64,000 bases of DNA from Lama guanicoe (GCA_013239625.1 MU056050.1:3024084-3088083), one strand, 5' to 3'. Numbered from the stretch's first letter, positions 24,161 through 38,825 are shown. Numbers and translations are program-made. The notes: generated by a model not told the origin, from the letters alone.

Positions 24161-26098
24161 AGATAAGAAATGACTGTCTTTAGGGACTGCTCTGTTGAAT
24201 AAATCAGTGGAGATGTGACTTAACCTCAGCACAAAGCCCCCCACAGACAGAAGCCACAACCACTAATCTGATTGACAATTTCAGCACCGCAAGTATCCAG
24301 GTGGGAAGCAATATCCGCATGAGAAGGGAATCCTCTAAGAAATAAATTACTACACATGGAGAAGCAGCTCTTCAACAAGAAGTATTCCTCATTTTGAACT
24401 GCATCAACATTTCTGCAATTGCATCCAGTTCCAAACGGAGTTTCTGGACTGATTCTAAGATGTTTTTCAATCCCAATCTTTTTAGGATCAGCAGTGGGAT
24501 GGGTGTGGGGGGAAGGACTAACAGAAAACAGATGCTGGCAATTGTATTATTTATAAACATGATAGAAATGATATTTGCTCTAATATATGTGTCTCATGAA
24601 TAGTTCTATGTGTAATATTTTCTATCTGGTTGAAAATACATTAACGTTACAGGCTACAAAATATGACAAACGAATGCTAAAATATAAACATTCTTTTGTG
24701 GAAATGTATTGGAAAAGAACATGAAAAATATAGGCAGACACTTTAAAGTTCTATTGAGACATTTCATTTTTAATAAGTTTCTTTATGCATGTCAACAATG
24801 AGCAACAGTCGAATAAATTGAACTAGGATACACTGGAACACTTCTTTGTTGCATGCTGACAAAGAGCAATTTGATTAAACAGTAAATCCTTCAGTGCCTC
24901 CCTCAGAACCATTTCTCTCAGATTTACCTCTTAAACAAAAGTTCCCAGTAAAGCAAATTCTGTTATTCTTGGCACTTTGGCTATGCCAAATTTTAGACAA
25001 CCTGGATCATCAGTGAGGTCCTAAGATACATATTTATGTAACATTTTCAATAATACAATATGCTATTCTAAACAAGGAAAGGACATTTTTGATGTAAAAA
25101 TTTGTGAAAATTAACAAAGTATTACATGGCTACTTGTTCAGTATCCAGTAGAATCAGTTAAAGATCAAAGGAAATCAGGCTGAGAGCATAAGGAAAATCA
25201 GGAATTGGGAGTCAATGAACCTGAGTAGATAGAGGTTCTTCCGCTCAGAAGACGAGAGGTATCTTCTCTGTGATAGACTATAATACAATTTTTGTTGGGG
25301 AAATGAGGATTTTCTCATTGTTGTATCTGATTAATGTGGGAAATAAGAGTAAGGAAAAGATGTAAGATGATTTGGTAAACTGTGAGCAGCGCTAAGTCAG
25401 CAGCTTAAGGGCTAGAAAAGTTTTTGCAGCGAATACCTGGCTCTTCATGAAAATCCAGCAGCAGCCAAGAATAAAAAATATTATTAAGAATAAAAGTCGG
25501 TGTACTCGGTACTGGTTTTTAAAATACGTGAATCATTTTCATTTGACTACTTTCAGCTCCTTCCGTTCCTCAGTGGCAGATGTTCTGCTGAAGAGTGGGA
25601 CTAGTATCAGTAACTGTTAGTTTTATAGAACACAAGCTTCGGCACGCATACATGCAGGGAAGCACATTCACGTGCACACATACACTTTCTGGGTTTCTGT
25701 TTCTCCGAAAAGCAACTGGGGAAATATTAGTTGATAATGTATCTATTTTATAGCACAGAGTTAAACTCAATACCACCTCCAAGTGATCTTTACAAGTACC
25801 TTGCTATGACAAAGATTTGGTTTCACCGTGGGCTATGTATCACATTTTCTGTTTTTGAGGTATAATAGTGTATCTCTCATTTTGACACTGAAAACCTATG
25901 ACATAAGCATAACATTTTTTTTCTCAGCTCCAGTGTTACAATGAATTTCAATATATTTTAGTAATCTTAAAACTATCTTACATTTGAACAACAGTTTGAC
26001 TGAAGAGACTACAAAATGATACAACACACCAGCCAGTTCTTTCCATACAAATAGCAACATACAAGCAGCAGTAACAGCAACACATTCCTATAAAACTC

Positions 26099-26304
26099 CT
26101 TTTTTTAATTGAAGTATAGTAGGTTACAATGTGTCAGTTTCTGGTGTACAGCATAATATCCTGGTCATGCATATATAAACATATGTTTGTTTTCATATTC
26201 TTTTTCATTAAAGGTTATTACAAGATACTGAATATAGTTCCCTGTGCTACACAGAAGAAATTAGTTTTTTATATATTTTTATGTATAGCAGTTAATATTT
26301 GCAA
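26099..26304 (-). mobile_element. 5'-truncated young L1 3' end with TSD
   Basis: TSD ATAAAACTC at 26090-26098 and 26305-26313; same family as the copies at 7049 and 9352. Confidence 0.85.
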
Positions 26305-28498
26305 ATAAAACTCTCTAGATGAGTTTTAAATTCTTGATGGATAAAAACAAAAATCTGAAGGAATCTAGGAATTTGAAGATCGAGTTGAATGGACTTTCAG
26401 CTTAATGTTTCATGTATTATGGTTATCACATGGCCTTAGATTTCCTTTATAAAATGGTGAACTGTTCTTTGGTAAATCCGAAAAACCATACTGACAAGAC
26501 AGAAAAATATCATGCCTGGCTTACAACTTTTGAATTCAATAAAATTGTCAGCTGGCTTTCTTCAATATCTAGAATATTTTGTTTGGAATAAATCCTGTTT
26601 CCTTTTCGGCCAAATGAAATATTCTCCTGTAACTCTAGAGATCATATTTTGCTTTAGCTCTGTGATCAGAGGCTGGAAGCACTGAGGCTGAGGTGAACTT
26701 CTACTCATTCATGGCTACAGAACGCAAAACTGTCTTAATCCTTTGATTATGAACCCAACACATTCGTCTATCCAATACTATCCCCAATTGGCAAAGAACG
26801 TTGAAATCTAGACACCTGCCTCACAAATCTTTTTCACTTGACCCAATAGGTACCAGATTGTCAGGGTAAAATTATCACCCTTAAGGAGAAAATATTAACT
26901 TTGGAAACTCCTGATGTATCATTAGCAGCAGGCCATGCACTCTGAACTGACTGCTGAGCTGTAGGAAAGCTTGTGTTGGGCTATCCACAGCTTTGTGCTT
27001 AGACTTTCTTAACATCATTGCTACCTTTTTGCAGTCAGTGACCACCTAAAAGGGCAAGCCTGATGGTTCATGAAAGAATCAAACTCATATCCTTGGCTTC
27101 AATAAAACAGTGCTCCCACTTATTAAACTATATACAACTTCTACTGAAACAATTATTTTTACATCCTGGCTCAGAGTGGCTACTTAAGAAGTATTTATTG
27201 GTAAGGTAGAAAGCTGTTCTTTATAAATAAAGCTTAGCATTCTTTTTGGCATGATCTGACATAATATTAAAATTGCACTAAGGAGAACATTCTTTTCTTT
27301 CTCTGACTGATATTAGACCTCTTTTTCCTTCTTTAAAAAAATTTGACATTACTTCTCCCCAAAATGTGCCCCTTGAGGCACATCTCAAACTCCTGCTTGG
27401 TGTTTTTCTGAGGCAATAAGCCTCCCAAGTCAGCATAGAAAGGTCTATGTTCCCTGAAGCTCTACAAACGATGGACTGAGAGATCTTCAAAGACACATTC
27501 AGGCTTGAAAATGCATCTAATAGCATACTTCAGTGGTGAAGCCAAAGCTGTTTGCTGGAAGGACACTTCGTGCAGACTGGCAAATTTACTCTGAATGAAA
27601 AAGAGCTTACAGGGTTGTTTTCTCCCCCTATTCAACACTCTTGCTAAGAGCTCTCTGGATTTAGAAAATGAAGTCTAATCAGGGTTCACAAGGGAGACAG
27701 TGGTAGCAGTCATTAGGCAATCTCTGCAACTGTGGTAGGTAGGCTCCTCCTGCAGTCTTAATGCAGAAGGTGTGTTCAGGGCATTACAGAGGCATGGAAA
27801 ACCGCTTTCTGTCAAAGACCTGGGGAAGGGCTGCATACATATTTATAAAGCTGCCATCATTGCCCAGCGGACCATGTACCTACAGTTTATTTTTACCCCT
27901 ATAAATAAATATGACAAGGAGAAACCAAATGTAGACTTCAGAGTCAACAAAATCCTCTGAAAGATGAAGACAAAGGCATATAAATGTCCTTGTATGCCAT
28001 TTGAATGCACAAGTTAGTGCCATTTCATACATTTAGTTTTTTAATTTATTATTTTACTCTATGGCAATCACTAAAATGTTTAAAAGGCTATATGGTTATT
28101 AGTGTCATCTAAACTTTAAGAGATATATTTTGTATGTTTCCTAAAAGCTGCCATATTCACTCTTCCAGGAATTAATAATGGAATTTGACTTCATGTCTAT
28201 CCTTGTCCCACAATATCAACATTCCAGTGAGTTTGTACTGTACTGTAGGAAAGCTATGGGTAGGTAGTATATTAACATGGCTGTTTTTTGACAAAGTTCA
28301 AGTCCTTGAATTACTTTCAATTTCACAAATATCATGTTATCTATTTCTACCTGGCTGGGCCTCCAGAACCTTAAATTCAAAATGTTTATAACCTACTTTT
28401 TAATTTCTACTCATAATCCAGTTTTTTTACTCTGATTTCGCTACTAGCTCTGCTCTGGAATCACCTTCCTTCTTATGCATCTGGAGTTACATCATGTT

Positions 28499-28590
28499 TT
28501 CCCTTCCTTCCTTCCTTCCTTCTTTCCTTCCTTTCTTTTTCTCTCTTTCTCCCTCTCTTTCTCTCTTTCTTTCTTTTCTTTCTTTTTTTA
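28499..28590. repeat. CT-rich low-complexity tract ((CCTT)n/(CTTT)n)
   Basis: Read directly; it explains the K/E/R-rich spurious ORF 28487-28684. Confidence 0.9.
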
Positions 28591-30849
28591 AGTAATTCTG
28601 CCTTTTTTTCACAGATGACACGATTGTAAAGAAAATCTTAAGAAATCTTAAAATAAAACTAGAGAAAATAAGCGGCTTTAGCAAAGTTGTAGGATAGATA
28701 CAAGATCAATAAACCCCTCAAGAATTTATACGAAGTTTTAAAAAATATTTACAGTATCAAAAATAGGTTTCCCTTCTTTCCTCAATGCCCTTCCCACAAC
28801 CTATCTCTATCTACCCAAATGATCCTTCAACTTGCAGCTTGAGTGACACCTTCTTCAGGCAACAGTCCATATGGCCCATGATGCTCTAAGGCAGGGATGC
28901 CATCGCCTTCTTCTGTACTCCCACAGAACTTTGTTTATACATCTGTTTGGCTGTTACTGTGTATAATCTGTTACTGTAGCTTTGTATATATATGCATTAT
29001 TCTCCCTACTATATTATAGTGTGATGCAAGCAGTAGCTAAGTCTCAATCTTTTCCTAACATATGTTAAGCACTCAATAAATATGTGTGGAATTATTTCAT
29101 TAGTTCATTTAATAAGCATTTATTTACCCCATATAGCTCAGGGTATAATAGGACTTTAATATATGTTTAGTCCAACAATTACTGATAAACATAAAAGTAT
29201 CTGAAATTCTCAGTCTGGATGACTAGAAAAATGTTGGCAATGTTGAGGGAAATCAGCAGGTCTGGAAAAGGCAGTGATTGATCAGGATGAGCATTGTGTT
29301 TGGTTTTTGGATGTGCTGAATTTTAAAATGCAGAAGATGCAGAATGATAGATATTTACTAAGGTGGCACATTGAAAGCTCCATACGAAGTGCTGTTGTGG
29401 ATGCAATAAGAAGGCAGGAAAGGGGAGAGTGTTAATTCTTACGCACTTGGCTGATATTAACAATAAGTCAAGGTAGTAAGAGGCAACTAGTGGCTATGAG
29501 CCACTACATTTCTCTGGTAGATACTCAAAAATAAACACCTGAATCTCTATGTTCATTCTTATCTTCATTTATTGAGGACTTCATTCTATACTATCATTGA
29601 TTTTAAAGGCTTAGAATGTGTAGATAGTTAAGTCTTCCTTCAAAAGACTTCAAAAGTCAGTTTTCACAAGTTACAACCTCCCAGTCACTTGCTAACTACC
29701 AATAAACACACTAGACAAATGCTCTTGCTCTTTTGGGGAAGGAAAGTGGTGTATTAGTTCGAGGTTTGGTTTCCAACTTTTAAGAACACCAAGAGTAATC
29801 CAAATTCAAAGGAGAAAGGTGGCTTCTCTCCACTCTACTGTCAGCCACCTCCTTGGGAAAGCAATGTTTTTATGTACCTCTGAATCAATTATCCCCAGAA
29901 ACCAGTGTCCTTTAAATGGAAATAATATGAAATATAAATGATTGGCAAGTAAGTAACAATTATGTAAAAGATTCTTTTATAAAAGTAGAAAATATTAGCT
30001 AACTTGAAAATTACAGAATGTATTCTCAAATAAAAAACAAATATTTTGATCACTTACATTATAAGTGAAAATAACCCTTTAATCTTTTTCATTTTAGCAT
30101 CTAAGTCCAGGCTGAGATTTATTTGGTTGGCTCATAAAAAGAAATGAAAGTCAAAACTCTTGTTTAGTTTCTAATATATTCTACCACATTTCAGATTTTC
30201 CTTAACAAGGCTAAATATTAAAAAAGCTTTTTAAAATGAGTATATAAAATAAACAAATCATCTTTATCATGAAAGCACTCTGATTTTACTTTCCCTGCAT
30301 ATTTAAATGATGACCCTTTTAGAGTTATCCAACCCTGTAACTGTCAAATTCTTAACTTTCCACTTTTTAATAAAAATGATTTCCATAAAGATTAGAAATT
30401 AATCTAACCTGACTCTCAAATCTAATATATTTTAGTGCTGGAAGCTGTAAAAATTCACCTATCTAGTTTTAATAAAGAAAGTTTTTTCAATTTAAATATA
30501 CATTGCATTTAATAAGCTTGCATGATAATTTCAACAATGTTCATGGGTTCTTTAAATTACCTGCCTGCTGTGTCCAGGATACAATCCAATTTCATTTTTG
30601 AGCAACTGAGTTAAGAAAAGGTTTCAAAATCACAAAGTGATTTCTGAACGACACAAAGTGAAATGATTAGAAGCCAGCCAATCACGTTGGATCTTATTCC
30701 TGACTTAAAAGAGAAAAATAGTTTGCCTTTACTTATATAAACCTAAAATATGTGACTATTTGGATATATGTAAATGTTTGACTGAAATCTTTACTGAAAT
30801 ATTTGTCATTGTGAGGATCAGGATTCCTTCCTTTTTTAACTTCCTTTCA

Positions 30850-33800
30850 ACTTTCCATCCATTCATCCATCTCATAAATATTTGTTGAATGTGCATCGCA
30901 AATTAAGCATTGTGCTAATTGGTGGAAAAACAACAGACAGATATGGACTCTGCCTTCATGAGCATAAAACGTACTGCATAAATATTCAAAGAACTATGTA
31001 GTTGCAGGCTATGATAAGTACATGGCAGGACAGACAATACAAAATGCAGTGAAAGAATATAACAAGGGGACCTAATTTAATTAGAGGGTGTCAGGATTTT
31101 GACCTCATTCAGGCATTGCTATTTAAGCTGAAATTTATAGGATGCATAGGTATATGCGTATGGAGATGGGGGAGATAAAATGGATAATATGTGTTCACAG
31201 CGGAGTAAGAGAGAGGAGCAGAATGGTGTGAGATGAGACTGGAGAAAAGACAGAGGTCAGAGAATTCAGGGCCTTGTAAGCTTTGCTAAAAACTTTGGAT
31301 TGTAGCAGTGGGAACGTATTGAAAGGTAGTAAGAAAGAGACAAAAATCAGATTTGTATTAGAAAGGTCTCTTTGGATACAGTGTAGAGAATGGGGTGGAA
31401 GGAAGTAGAGGAGGTTCAAGGATGTCATTTAGATGACTGTTACAGGAGTCCAGGTGAGCAACAGTGGGTACTAGGGCTAAGATGCAATGGAGACAGAAAG
31501 AAATGGATGTATTCCAAATATTTTAGTGGAAGCAATGAGACTTGGTGATTGATTAGATAAAACAGGGGTAAAGGATATGGAGGTACTATGAATGATGTCT
31601 AGATCTGGCATGGGCAACAGTATGGGTAGTTATGCTATTTCTATCACTATAGGGAATAATGGAGGAAGAGCAAGTTTTAGGGGAGAAGATCATGAGTTCT
31701 GCATTATACATGTTAACTTGAGGTGCCTGTAAGGAATCCAGGTAAAGATATCAAGTAGGCAGATGAATCTATGGGCCTGGAATTAATAAAAGTTAGAAGT
31801 AGAGATTGAATTTGGGAGTCACAAGTAAAAATGGTAATTGAAGCCAAGGGAGTGAATGTAGACTAAGATGAGAAATGAATGGAACCTGAGACTGAGGAAC
31901 TTTAACATTTAAAGGTCAATTAGAAGAGGAAGATCCAGCAAAGGAGAGTGAGAAGGATTTGCCCTAGATGTAAGAAGAAAATCAGAAAAATGTAGTATCA
32001 TAGAAACCAGTGGAAGAATTTTCCATAAATACGGAGCAGTTAGCTATGCCAAATGCTACTAAAAGTCAAGTAAGATGAAGATTTAAAGTGCTCATTGTAT
32101 TTAGCAAAATGATGATCACTGGTAATTTGGGTGACAGCTGTTTTGGTGGAGTGATGGGGGTAGAAATCTGAATCAAATTGATTAATGAATGATATATATT
32201 AAGTACATGTATTAAGATATATTAAGAGCCCATATATTAAGGATAAGGGAATTAAGGCTAAGCTCTGTCAGAGAAGAGAGTTACAACTATGAAAAGGGAG
32301 AAAACTAGAATTAACCATGTGGTGTTGGACTGGAATTGGAGGTATTAATGGAAATTCACGTTTTTTTACAGGTAGATAGACAGCTGAAGTAATATAGACA
32401 TAAATAAGTATATTCTGCTTGTAAATATATGTGTATATTCTCTAGCCCTGTTCACTGTGAGGGCCAGGGAACAGCAATATCCTTAAAGCAATGAACATAC
32501 CCAGAATAGTATTACACCAAAAGGAAGGAAGCACCTTGTAGAAAGCCTGATTCCAGGGACAGAACAGGGAAAGTACAAAGTGAGACTGGAACATCTTATT
32601 GCTCCAGAAAGTAATGAAGTGCTCAAAGAATGATAAGGATATGTCAAAAGGACAGAAAAGCCAGCTTGAAGGGGTTATCACTGGCCAAAACAAAACAATT
32701 TGAGTATCAAAATAAATGCAAATAGCAACAAATACAATCCACTGAATTATATGGGAAACCATGAGTTCAAACAGATATAAATAAATGAATGAAGAAATTG
32801 GAAGCTTGATAAGTAATGGAATATTGACACGAGCTTCAAAGTACCTACCTACAAAACGCTTGTTAATTACAAGTGAAGAGGAGGAGAGTACAGTTGAGAA
32901 GCCCTGCAGAGACCATCTGATTAAGTATTCAAAGTTAACTGCCGGTGGTGGGACAAATCAATAGCGGACACCACCTGATGGGATACATCAGAAGAACACA
33001 GTCTTAATTCTGTGATTCCTGCCAAAGATAAATAACCTAAATCTTATTATGAGAAAATACCAGAAAACCTAAAATTGAGAATCATTCTACAAAATAACTG
33101 GTGTACAATCTTCATGAATGTTAGTTACGAGAGTGAAGGAAAGACTGAGGCACTGTTCCAAGCTGAAGAAGAATAAAGAGACATGACAACTAAAATACAA
33201 TGCTTGATTTTGCTGTAAGGGACATTACTGGGACAACTGTGAATGGGGTCTGAACATTAGATGATAATAGTGTCTGAATGTTTATTTCCTTATTTTGATA
33301 GCTGTATTGTGGTTATGTAGAAGAATACCCTTGTTTTTAGGAAGTATATGATAAAGGATTTGGGGGAAATGGGTCGACAACTTAATCATACCTGTTCCAG
33401 GGGAAATTTCTTAAATTCTTTACTCAAAATTTTCTGTAATCTTGTGACTGTTTCAAAATGAAAAGAAAGTATGAATGGGAGGAAGTTGAAAAGTGAAGCT
33501 GAATCATAAAAGGGAGGGAAGAGATGATTGGCAAGCTAGCAGAGAGTGTGGGATTCCAAAAGAAAATTCTTTGCAAGTAGGAGCGACAAGGTCATGTTTA
33601 AAAGCTCTTGAAAAGTTCTAGTACAAACTTGGAGTTAAATTTATATGTGAGGGAAAGTGGAAGCGGGGTGGGATCTTGAGCAGAGGAAGAGGGACTGACC
33701 TTCAACAGGAGGAAGAAAGAGGGCATCAGTGCAGATACAATCTTATTGAAGATTTGATGGTAGGAAATTGAGAGAGTTCTTGTGTAATGGTTATTTTCTC

Positions 33801-34140
33801 TGTGAAGCAGGAGGCAAGGTCATCCATTGAGAATACTGGACAGTGAGGAAGTTGACAGTTTGAGAAAAGTATTGCTGGGCAGTATTATTGTTGAGGATCC
33901 AGGTGAGGTTGGTGATCATGAATTTTTCTTGGTACCAATCTACTCAAGCTGTGATTTTTCTCCAACAGAGCTTGGCTGCTGGGTACAAACAGGGACAAGG
34001 CTAACAAGTGATGCCATTCATTGCTTGAGTTTTGCCAGGAAGGCTCAATAGGGCAGGGGGTTTTAGGGCATTTACAAGAGAGAATGAAATGATAGACCAT
34101 CTGCATTGGAACTAGAGTGAAATAAGTTTTTCTGCATTCT
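30850..34140 (-). mobile_element. Long L2 element (~30850-32180 and ~33470-34140) split by an L1MC insertion
   Basis: Starts with the reverse L2 tail ccatccattcatcc...aaatatttgttgaatgtgc; purine-rich L2 body that resumes after ~33470. Confidence 0.78.
32230..33470 (+). mobile_element. L1MC/L1MD-type 3'UTR fragment
   Basis: gcaatgaacatacccag, gacatgacaactaaa, tgtattgtggttatgtagaagaatacccttgtttttaggaa. Confidence 0.75.
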
Positions 34141-35020
34141 ATCTTAACTATATATATATATATTCTGTAACCTTTTACTGATGGAAAAAAAAAACCCACT
34201 GAAACTATAACTTAGTAAACTTCTGAGGTGTCAGAATAAATCTAAAGTTGAATAGTCTCCAAGCTGAAAATCTTACTCTTCCCAATAAATTACAATAAAG
34301 TTCCCTGGTTTGCTTATCACTTGAAATTACTAATCAGAACTTTAAAGCACTAGCACATAATTACAGATTATAGGTTGAGATGGTCCTATCTGTTCAGTGT
34401 TATTAGAAATGGGTTAAATATATTGATTCTGGAGTCAAAGAACAGCTAGTCTTTTTCAGCTAGTGCCTGAAATCTCAACAACTAAGATATTATCCCATTA
34501 CAATTCAGATATCTCCATGCCCAGATGAGCGGCTCCATTGTTATCTGTTTTGTTTATTGGGGCTCTGAAGATTTCACTGGAAGTTTCTGTTGCCAAAAAT
34601 GGAGCTCAAAACCACTGAATGGTCTAGTGAAAAGAACTCTTAGCTAGTGTGCCAGTTTTCTCACAAATTTTAATTATAAGGCCAATATTATTTTCCTTAC
34701 CAGATTTTTAGGAGACTGTACTAACAAAGCATTATTAAAATAAATGGTAATAAGATAATTGGGAATTTGCAAGGAAAAAAAGAAGTCTTGAGTTTGACAT
34801 ACTGCTCAGGGTAAGGAAGGCAGTGGCAGCTGGGTGTCCTAGGCAGAATGAGGGTGCTATGTGTAGAGGAGAGGAACAAGGACAGAAGAGCCACATAAGG
34901 GAAGGCAGGAGCCAAGGGAGAGGTTATAGGCTACTGAAGGTAAACTTTGCTACTTTCACAATTTTGATGAGATCATGTCTTTGATATGGTATATAATCTG
35001 AGACAAAAAGATACAATTCT

Positions 35021-35380
35021 TCTATAGATTGACTGTGTCCCCCCACCCCACCCCACCCCTAATTCATATGTTGAAATCCTAATCCCCAACATGATGGGGG
35101 TGATTTAAGGAGGTGATTAGGTCATAAGGGTGGATCCCTCATAAACAAGATTAGTGCCCTTATAAAAGAGATCACAGAGAGCTAGCTTGCCCCTTCTGCC
35201 ATGTGGGGACATGGCAAGAAGCCACCGTCTATGAACCAGAAAGCAGGCCCTCACTAGACTCTGAATCTGCCAGTGCCTTGATCTTGGACTTCCCGGCTTC
35301 CCGAAATGGAAGGAATAAATTTCTGTTGTTCATAGGCTACTCAGTCTGTAGCATTTTGTTATAGTAGCCTGAAGAGACAA
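35021..35380 (+). mobile_element. MaLR solo LTR (MLT1A-like)
   Basis: aattcatatgttgaaatcctaatcccca ... gccttgatcttggacttccc ... aataaatttctgttgtt ... ttttgttatagtagcc. Confidence 0.88.
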
Positions 35381-35453
35381 ACCCTTTCCCTGGATGTATC
35401 ACTCTAAGTGTTGATGAAGGCAAAGGAAATGAAACTAAAGGTATTTTACCCAA

Positions 35454-35828
35454 TGTAGTGGGTCAATGTCTTTGTCATAACCCCTAGAACCTGTGAATTT
35501 GACCTAATTTTGAAATAAGGTCTTTGCAGACATAATCAAGTTAACGAGTTGGAGATAAGATCATTCTGGATTAACCCAGTGGCCCTCAATCCAATGATAA
35601 GTGTCCTTAAAAGACACAGAAAAAGAAGAGAAGGCCATGTGATGGCTGCATAGATTGCAGTTATGTCATAAGCCAAGGAATGCTGATAGCTACCAGAAGC
35701 TAGAGGAGGCAAGAAAGATTTCTCCTCTAGAGCCTCCAGATGGAGTGCTTCCCTGTTGATACTTTCAGACTTTTCAGTCTAATTTCAGACTTCTAACCTC
35801 CAGAACTGTGAGAGAACACATTTCTACC
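35454..35828 (+). mobile_element. MaLR LTR fragment (MLT1C-like), 3'-truncated
   Basis: aaataaggtctttgcaga ... aagccaaggaatgc ... cctccagaactgtgagagaa. Confidence 0.85.
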
Positions 35829-35919
35829 GATATTTAAACAGTGGTTCCACTGTAGTTATCAAGATCACATAATTTATTTGCCACGTGTAGATCTCTTGGC
35901 ACTAAGCAATGATAATGAT

Positions 35920-36170
35920 AGTAACAGCCACTGCTAACATTTATTGGGAATTTGAGATACTAGACACTATACTCAATGACATAAATGAATTCCTTAGTTC
36001 TCACAACAGCTCTATGATAGAGGTACTGTTATTAACCCTATTCTACAGATGAAGAGATCAAGGCTTACCAGTTTGCCTGAGGTCATATAATTACCCGGCA
36101 GTAGAGCAGGGATTTGAACCCACACAGTCTGACTCTAGAGTCCACACTTTTAACCCCTTATACTGGGCTG
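35920..36170 (-). mobile_element. MIR SINE
   Basis: ctcacaacagctctatg ... ttctacagatgaagag ... ggatttgaacccacacagtctgactctagagtcc. Confidence 0.85.
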
Positions 36171-38659
36171 CTTTCAAGAGTAATTTGGATGCCTTACAGC
36201 AGTTGGTAGGAGCTTATATTCTGATCGGCTGGACGAGAAAGGGCATTTTAGTTTTAAGTACAATCTAAATTCTGTCATTGCTATATAATAAGTACAAATG
36301 TACATTACAGTGAAACGGAAGCTTTTCAAGACTTCTTGTCACTTAGTTCAAGTGACCGGAGTTGATAAAAGCAGGAAAATAACTTTTACAATGCTGTACT
36401 TACTGCAGCCAACATTAAATCGGGATGTTATTTCAATAAAAGCGTCCAATTTTTTCTTTTTTTTCATTTAAGCTATTTCCTGTATAATATATGCAAAGGA
36501 CACAATAAGATAATTACATTGTCATCATAACATTTTCGCCCTTTAATTTGACTATATTCCTTTTATTCTCACACCTTTGCACTAACTTCTGTTGTAAATT
36601 TATTTCATCTACATAAATTATTCAGCATAATGGGAAAAAGACATAGTAATATTGTGCCATCTCAAAATCAGCAGCTCCTCCTCAAAAATGAAGGAGCCTC
36701 TGCTCTGCCTTGACATAGGGGTTGCTCAGCTGTCACAGGAAATTCTTCTACTGAAACACCTTCCATTCCCTTGGCGTTATCTCTTGATTATATTTTCGTT
36801 TCTGAAGCTAACAATGACATAAAAGAGTACTACGGTGTAGTAGGTTCAATGCCATATTTTTAATATCTTTCTATGTATGAGATATCTTCAAATGCTGTTT
36901 TCCTCAAACAGAATCACATTGCTTTTTTCCAAAATTTCATTCCTTCAAAAGATAGAGTCTTTTACTTCTCTAAATTAAAATGCCCCAAATGATCGGTTTT
37001 AAACTATTGGGGCAGAAACTCATCTTTAGGTACTAAGTCACTGCCGTGTGAGGTAGAATTGAGAGACCCAACTGGGAGTCCCAGATATGCTAATTATCAT
37101 CCACGTGAAATCGGATACATGGTTTTGTCTTTCTGAATCTGTCTTCATTTGCAAAAGGAGTACACTCTCACCTACCCTAATTTATAGGGTCAAAAAATAT
37201 GGTGTAAATACGTGAAAACACTTTGAAATCTTAAACAATAAACCAAAATAATCTGAATATATAGGAATAGTATGAGGTTTCATGATGGACAGACTTAGAT
37301 TTGAATCCTGGATCTGCTGTCTACTAGATGTGTGCACCTGTGGAAATACTTTAATTTCTGTTTCCTAATCTGGCAAATGAGATAAAACTAGCTGCTTAAG
37401 AGTTGTTTTAAACAGGTGATAGTTATGAAAACATTTGGTACACCGACTGTCACATATCATTCCCTTCCCTATCTCTCCCCTTTATGCCTTTTCTACTTCT
37501 GAAGAACACCCCTAGACCCAGGACAAATATGATAACCCATTTAAGACCAATGTTAGCTTTGCCCTACATGGAACTCATAAAAAAAGCCCGGAGGACAGAG
37601 CCCCAGGAACTACTGTGAAGTCAAAGTGTCAGATTCCGAATTTTCTTGGAAAAATCAGTTTGAGTCCAACCAAAAAAGAGGCTGCATTTTGGAAAACTGG
37701 ACTTTAATATCTAGAGCATGAGTTTTCAAAGTGTTCTCTAAATTCAATACCACTTTCGCCATACTAGATGGGCTTTTCTTTCAGTAAAGATAATAAAAGG
37801 GGTGAATTTTACTACTTTTTGACTAGGTGGCTTTATGTGTATAAGAATACTTTTGTCCTTTCTTAGGTCCAACAGAAAATTTTACCTTAAAATCACACAT
37901 GAAACAACTTTTTTCTCCTTTGGTCTAGTCCTCAAATAACTCCAGGTGTGATCTATGGGACCGTCTGCTATATATGGAGTCAAGGGGCAGGAGAATTGTT
38001 GGTGAGCTTTGGGAGCCAATTCCATTTTCTAATCTTCAGTATCTCTTTCGAATAATGAAAGCACAGCTACCTAACATTTATGAATACCCTTCTGGTTTTA
38101 CTTTGACAATTTCGTCTTTGGTAATATTTGCTTTTCTCAGTGTTGTCTTTATTTTCAGCCTCTGAGGACTGATGCCACTTGTCCAGTAACCTAACAATAA
38201 TTTTAAACTCCATTTTCCCATAATGAAACATTATTAATCCTTGGGGTATTTACTGTAACACAATGCATTGGATAATATGGAACATGATCTACTGTTCCAC
38301 TGGAATGCCAATGTCATGCATCATTAATAAATGCACAGTTCCCATTAAGTGAGAGGCTTTTAATTAGCATACATATTTTTGTCATCATATATCAAACCAA
38401 GAAGACTTTTTTCTCATCTTGTGTTACTTTCGCTGACTTGAAAAGTTGAATTCTTATTGTGGCAGTTTGTATTAACATCCAAAATTTATAAACCACTGCA
38501 AGCTATTTTCAGTATGGAAATGACAATTCGATTTTCTCCAAGCTTCTGAAATGAAGCAATGTGATGTTTTTTCTTCTTAAAAATAATTTCTATGGCACCT
38601 TTGCAACAAGACCACATGCTATCACCCTAAACCTGGTGTGTTTGAATTATATGAGGTTA

Positions 38660-38825
38660 GCTAAATATGGCCCCCAGAACACCTGCTGGGGATCCAGTTA
38701 AATATGGAGATTCTTGGGCCCTATTCCAGCTCTACTGAATCAAAATGTGGGCGAGGGGCCTGGGAATGCACATTCAACAATATTATAGCTAATTTTCATG
38801 CATTCTAATATTTTAGAACCACTGA
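38660..38825. mobile_element. MER5A-like MITE
   Basis: gattcttgggccc...tactgaatcaaaa...ggggcctgggaatgcacatt...ttttagaaccactg. Confidence 0.7.

Noticed and set aside
24280..24288. TTCAGCACC, REST/RE1 left half-site (an RE1 right-half-like string also overlaps 13515-13529)
   Set aside because: The partner half-site is missing in both cases.
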